A stretch of DNA of 37,260 bases from an uncultured Oscillospiraceae bacterium (GTDB taxonomy: Bacteria > Bacillota > Clostridia > Oscillospirales > Oscillospiraceae), in NCBI GenBank assembly GCA_959022875.1, contig CAUFAM010000001.1:1-37260 (forward strand). Direction: 5' to 3'. Shown piece after piece: positions 35,281 to 37,260 of this stretch (its first letter is position 1; each line of letters starts with the position of its first letter). The notes under the pieces were generated by a model, which saw only the letters and a program-made list of their open reading frames with translations, did no database searches and was not told the origin of the DNA. A program made the position numbers and the translations under genes.

Positions 35281-35796
35281 CTACCCCCGCAATTCCTTGA
35301 TTGCAAGGGCAATGCTCAGGGAAGACCCTGCGATCGCCAGAACGCTTCCCGCCACTTCCAGCGTATCCCGCAATGCCTGCCGCCCTTTAGAAACCTGAGC
35401 TGGGGAGGTATCCGCGAACAGCTGATTGTATTGCCGCTCCAGAAGCTCCCGGTTGATCTTATCCCGCATCTCCTTGTCGGTCATCTTGCTCAGATCCATC
35501 CGTTTCGGAGCTGGCTTGGACGTGCTGGTCTGCTCCAGCTTTTTCATCTCCTTCACCAGATCCGAGCTGGAGTCGACGGTTTTCTTGGTCCGCTCCAGGT
35601 CCTCCTTAGCCCAGCGCTTCGGGTCCGGGTTGGACAGGTCGATGCGGTTCTCCTTCTTCTTGGCCGCGTTTTCCCGTTTATCCCGGTCATAGCGTTTTTC
35701 ACCGGCGGCGGTCAGGGTGCCGTCTTTGTTCTGGTAGCGGCGGACGCCCCACTTCATGCCTTTGATGCCGTAGTGCAGGAGCATGCTATTCTCCAT
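35281..35796 (-). CDS. HxGIxGMKWG-tag protein A (171 aa, C-terminal hydrophobic helix)
   Basis: LLHYGIKGMKWGVRRYQNKDGTLT; MTDKEMRDKINRELLERQY; AAGGAGG RBS. Confidence 0.8.
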   Translation of the reverse strand: MENSMLLHYGIKGMKWGVRRYQNKDGTLTAAGEKRYDRDKRENAAKKKENRIDLSNPDPKRWAKEDLERTKKTVDSSSDLVKEMKKLEQTSTSKPAPKRMDLSKMTDKEMRDKINRELLERQYNQLFADTSPAQVSKGRQALRDTLEVAGSVLAIAGSSLSIALAIKELRG

Positions 35797-36172
35797 TTTG
35801 ACTTTCCTCCTTCCCGCTAGTGTTCTTCACGGGGTCCGCTGCAACAAAAAGCCGCCACTCAAACTCACTGATCTGCCGGTTGATGGACTCAATGGCAGCG
35901 GAGCTGAGAGGCGGGTCAAATAACAACCGAACCTTCATGTAAACGTAGGATTTGACTAAGGAAAAGATGTTCGGCTTATCCTGAATAAATCCGGACCAGA
36001 CTTCATCTTTTCCTGAGATTGAGAAACCGTTGGCAGGTCCAACGCCCATTTGCGTCAGGATGGAAAACACACTGTTGATGTGGATGATGATGTCCGGGTC
36101 AAAGTGCGTGTAACTCTCGTCGATGCCCAACAGTTTCTTGATTGATATCAGGATGCTTTCGGAAATCTCCAT
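35786..36172 (-). CDS. Head-tail connector-like protein
   Basis: SIL.SIKK.LG......FD.DII.HINS....L.Q.GVG...VK.YV..KVRL.FDPP.S pattern. Confidence 0.6.
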   Translation of the reverse strand: MEISESILISIKKLLGIDESYTHFDPDIIIHINSVFSILTQMGVGPANGFSISGKDEVWSGFIQDKPNIFSLVKSYVYMKVRLLFDPPLSSAAIESINRQISEFEWRLFVAADPVKNTSGKEESQNGE

Positions 36173-36182
36173 AACAGCCTCC

Positions 36183-36395
36183 TCACCGGCGGACTGCGAT
36201 GAACTTCTTCATGCAGTACCCCTGGGTGCCGTTGGAGGTCGATACTTTATAGAAAGCATCTGTTGGCTCGTCCATATTAACGGAAACTCTGGTCAGAGCC
36301 GTAATGACTGTAAGGACTTTGGAATTTGCTCTCGGCTCTTGATAAAGCGCCGCTCTCAGACAATTCGCCACAACACCGGCAGCATGATTCTCCAT
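36183..36395 (-). CDS. Stand-alone SH3b-like domain protein (70 aa)
   Basis: ATG at 36395 with AGGAGG RBS; GVV.NC.......P...S.V...I.....V.V.......FYKV....G..GYCM..FI. Confidence 0.55.
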   Translation of the reverse strand: MENHAAGVVANCLRAALYQEPRANSKVLTVITALTRVSVNMDEPTDAFYKVSTSNGTQGYCMKKFIAVRR

Positions 36396-36408
36396 TTCGA
36401 GTCCTCCT

Positions 36409-36825
36409 CTACTTTTTCCAAGGACAGGTATCATTGGGTCTGCGTGTAATCGGCTCCTTGAACAACCGGTTCTCGTCGCCATAATGGATGGCCAGATGCG
36501 TCTCATGAATTGTGGTGATCAGAAACTCGGGATCGAGGATGATCCCTCTTCGCTCCCGGATGTCCTCCGGGCGGATCGGGTTCATGTGGTGGATAAGTGG
36601 ACGGCGGTAAATCTCCCGTCCGGCAATTCCCAAATCACACCCCATGTCCCGGGCAATCACAACATCCCGGATCTGCTTCCACTCCGGGGAGCGATAAAAG
36701 ACCTGATTCATGTACCGGTCAAAGCCGAAGGTCTCCTCTCCGACAACACCGTTCAAACGAAGATAGCGGTAGCGCTCCTCGAAGGTGGGGAGAAGGATCA
36801 ATTCCGAGTAACATCTAATACTCAT
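36409..36825 (-). CDS. HNH endonuclease (packaging-associated)
   Basis: FY.S.EWK..R..VI.RD.GCD...IHHMNP...L.T....TH.AIHYG; ATG at 36825. Confidence 0.8.
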   Translation of the reverse strand: MSIRCYSELILLPTFEERYRYLRLNGVVGEETFGFDRYMNQVFYRSPEWKQIRDVVIARDMGCDLGIAGREIYRRPLIHHMNPIRPEDIRERRGIILDPEFLITTIHETHLAIHYGDENRLFKEPITRRPNDTCPWKK

Positions 36826-37156
36826 CCCCGTCCTCCTCGTCCTGCCCGCTGTACCGCTTAAAGGCGGCCATGGCCTTTTCGTAGAGCTCATCCATCCGGA
36901 CTCCGGATTTGTACGCCTCGGTCTTGGCCTGGACCAGCTCCACCTCTTTGGCAAGCCGCTCATTTTCCAGACGCGCCCTGGTGGTTCCGAGCTTCAGGAT
37001 GGTGGTGACCTCCTGGGAAGAAGCCGTCCCCTCCAGCAGACGCTTTTCAATCAGGTTGACGGCCAAATCGATCAGCTGGTTCTCTCTGGCCTCCGGTGTC
37101 AAGGCGGCCCGGCGCTTCCTCGGTTGAATGCCAGAAGGTTTCGTTGCTTTTGCCAC
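36815..37156 (-). CDS. Helical phage protein, possible terminase small subunit
   Basis: GTG at 37156 with AGGAGG RBS; first gene of the packaging cluster; function inferred from position only. Confidence 0.5.
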   Translation of the reverse strand: MAKATKPSGIQPRKRRAALTPEARENQLIDLAVNLIEKRLLEGTASSQEVTTILKLGTTRARLENERLAKEVELVQAKTEAYKSGVRMDELYEKAMAAFKRYSGQDEEDGDEY

Positions 37157-37260
37157 ACTTGACACCTCCTCTCACTTAGAGTTGTGGCAGTTTCTGTGAT
37201 GTTTGGACCGGTTTTCAGCGGTGCTTGAAGAAGCCCGCATAAGCAGCTTACCGACAAGTG

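Noticed and set aside
1..37260. Second DGR target (another VR) in the window
   Set aside because: I found no other copy of the TR sequence by eye; a computational search, including outside the window, is still needed.

Overview
The window is the late (structural) region of a long-tailed temperate siphovirus or prophage. It is GC-rich with Bacillota-type AGGAGG ribosome-binding sites; a Clostridia/Oscillospiraceae-like host is my inference. All convincing genes lie on the minus strand. Read right to left: packaging genes (HNH nuclease, head-tail connector, large terminase, portal), fused prohead protease/major capsid, head-tail joining and tail genes, a lysis cassette placed inside the tail module, a 3175-aa tape measure protein, Dit/Tal baseplate genes and a tail-fibre cluster. 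The cluster ends in a diversity-generating retroelement (DGR). Its target is a 912-aa Ig-repeat/C-type-lectin-like protein with VR at 4057-4197, its TR is at 3731-3871, and its reverse transcriptase is at 2334-3509. TR and VR differ at 20 of 141 nt, 19 of them at TR adenines and 16 of those A->G. The DGR is atypical: the RT active-site motif reads QMDN instead of YxDD, the DGR signature GxxxSQ reads GAFFSA, and there is no avd gene. Other notable points are four genes plus one relic sharing an N-terminal LxHxGIxGMKWGVR tag fused to unrelated bodies, shared terminal motifs among tail-fibre accessory proteins, and internal translation starts in the endolysin and capsid genes. All product calls come from motif recognition by eye and gene order, not database searches.
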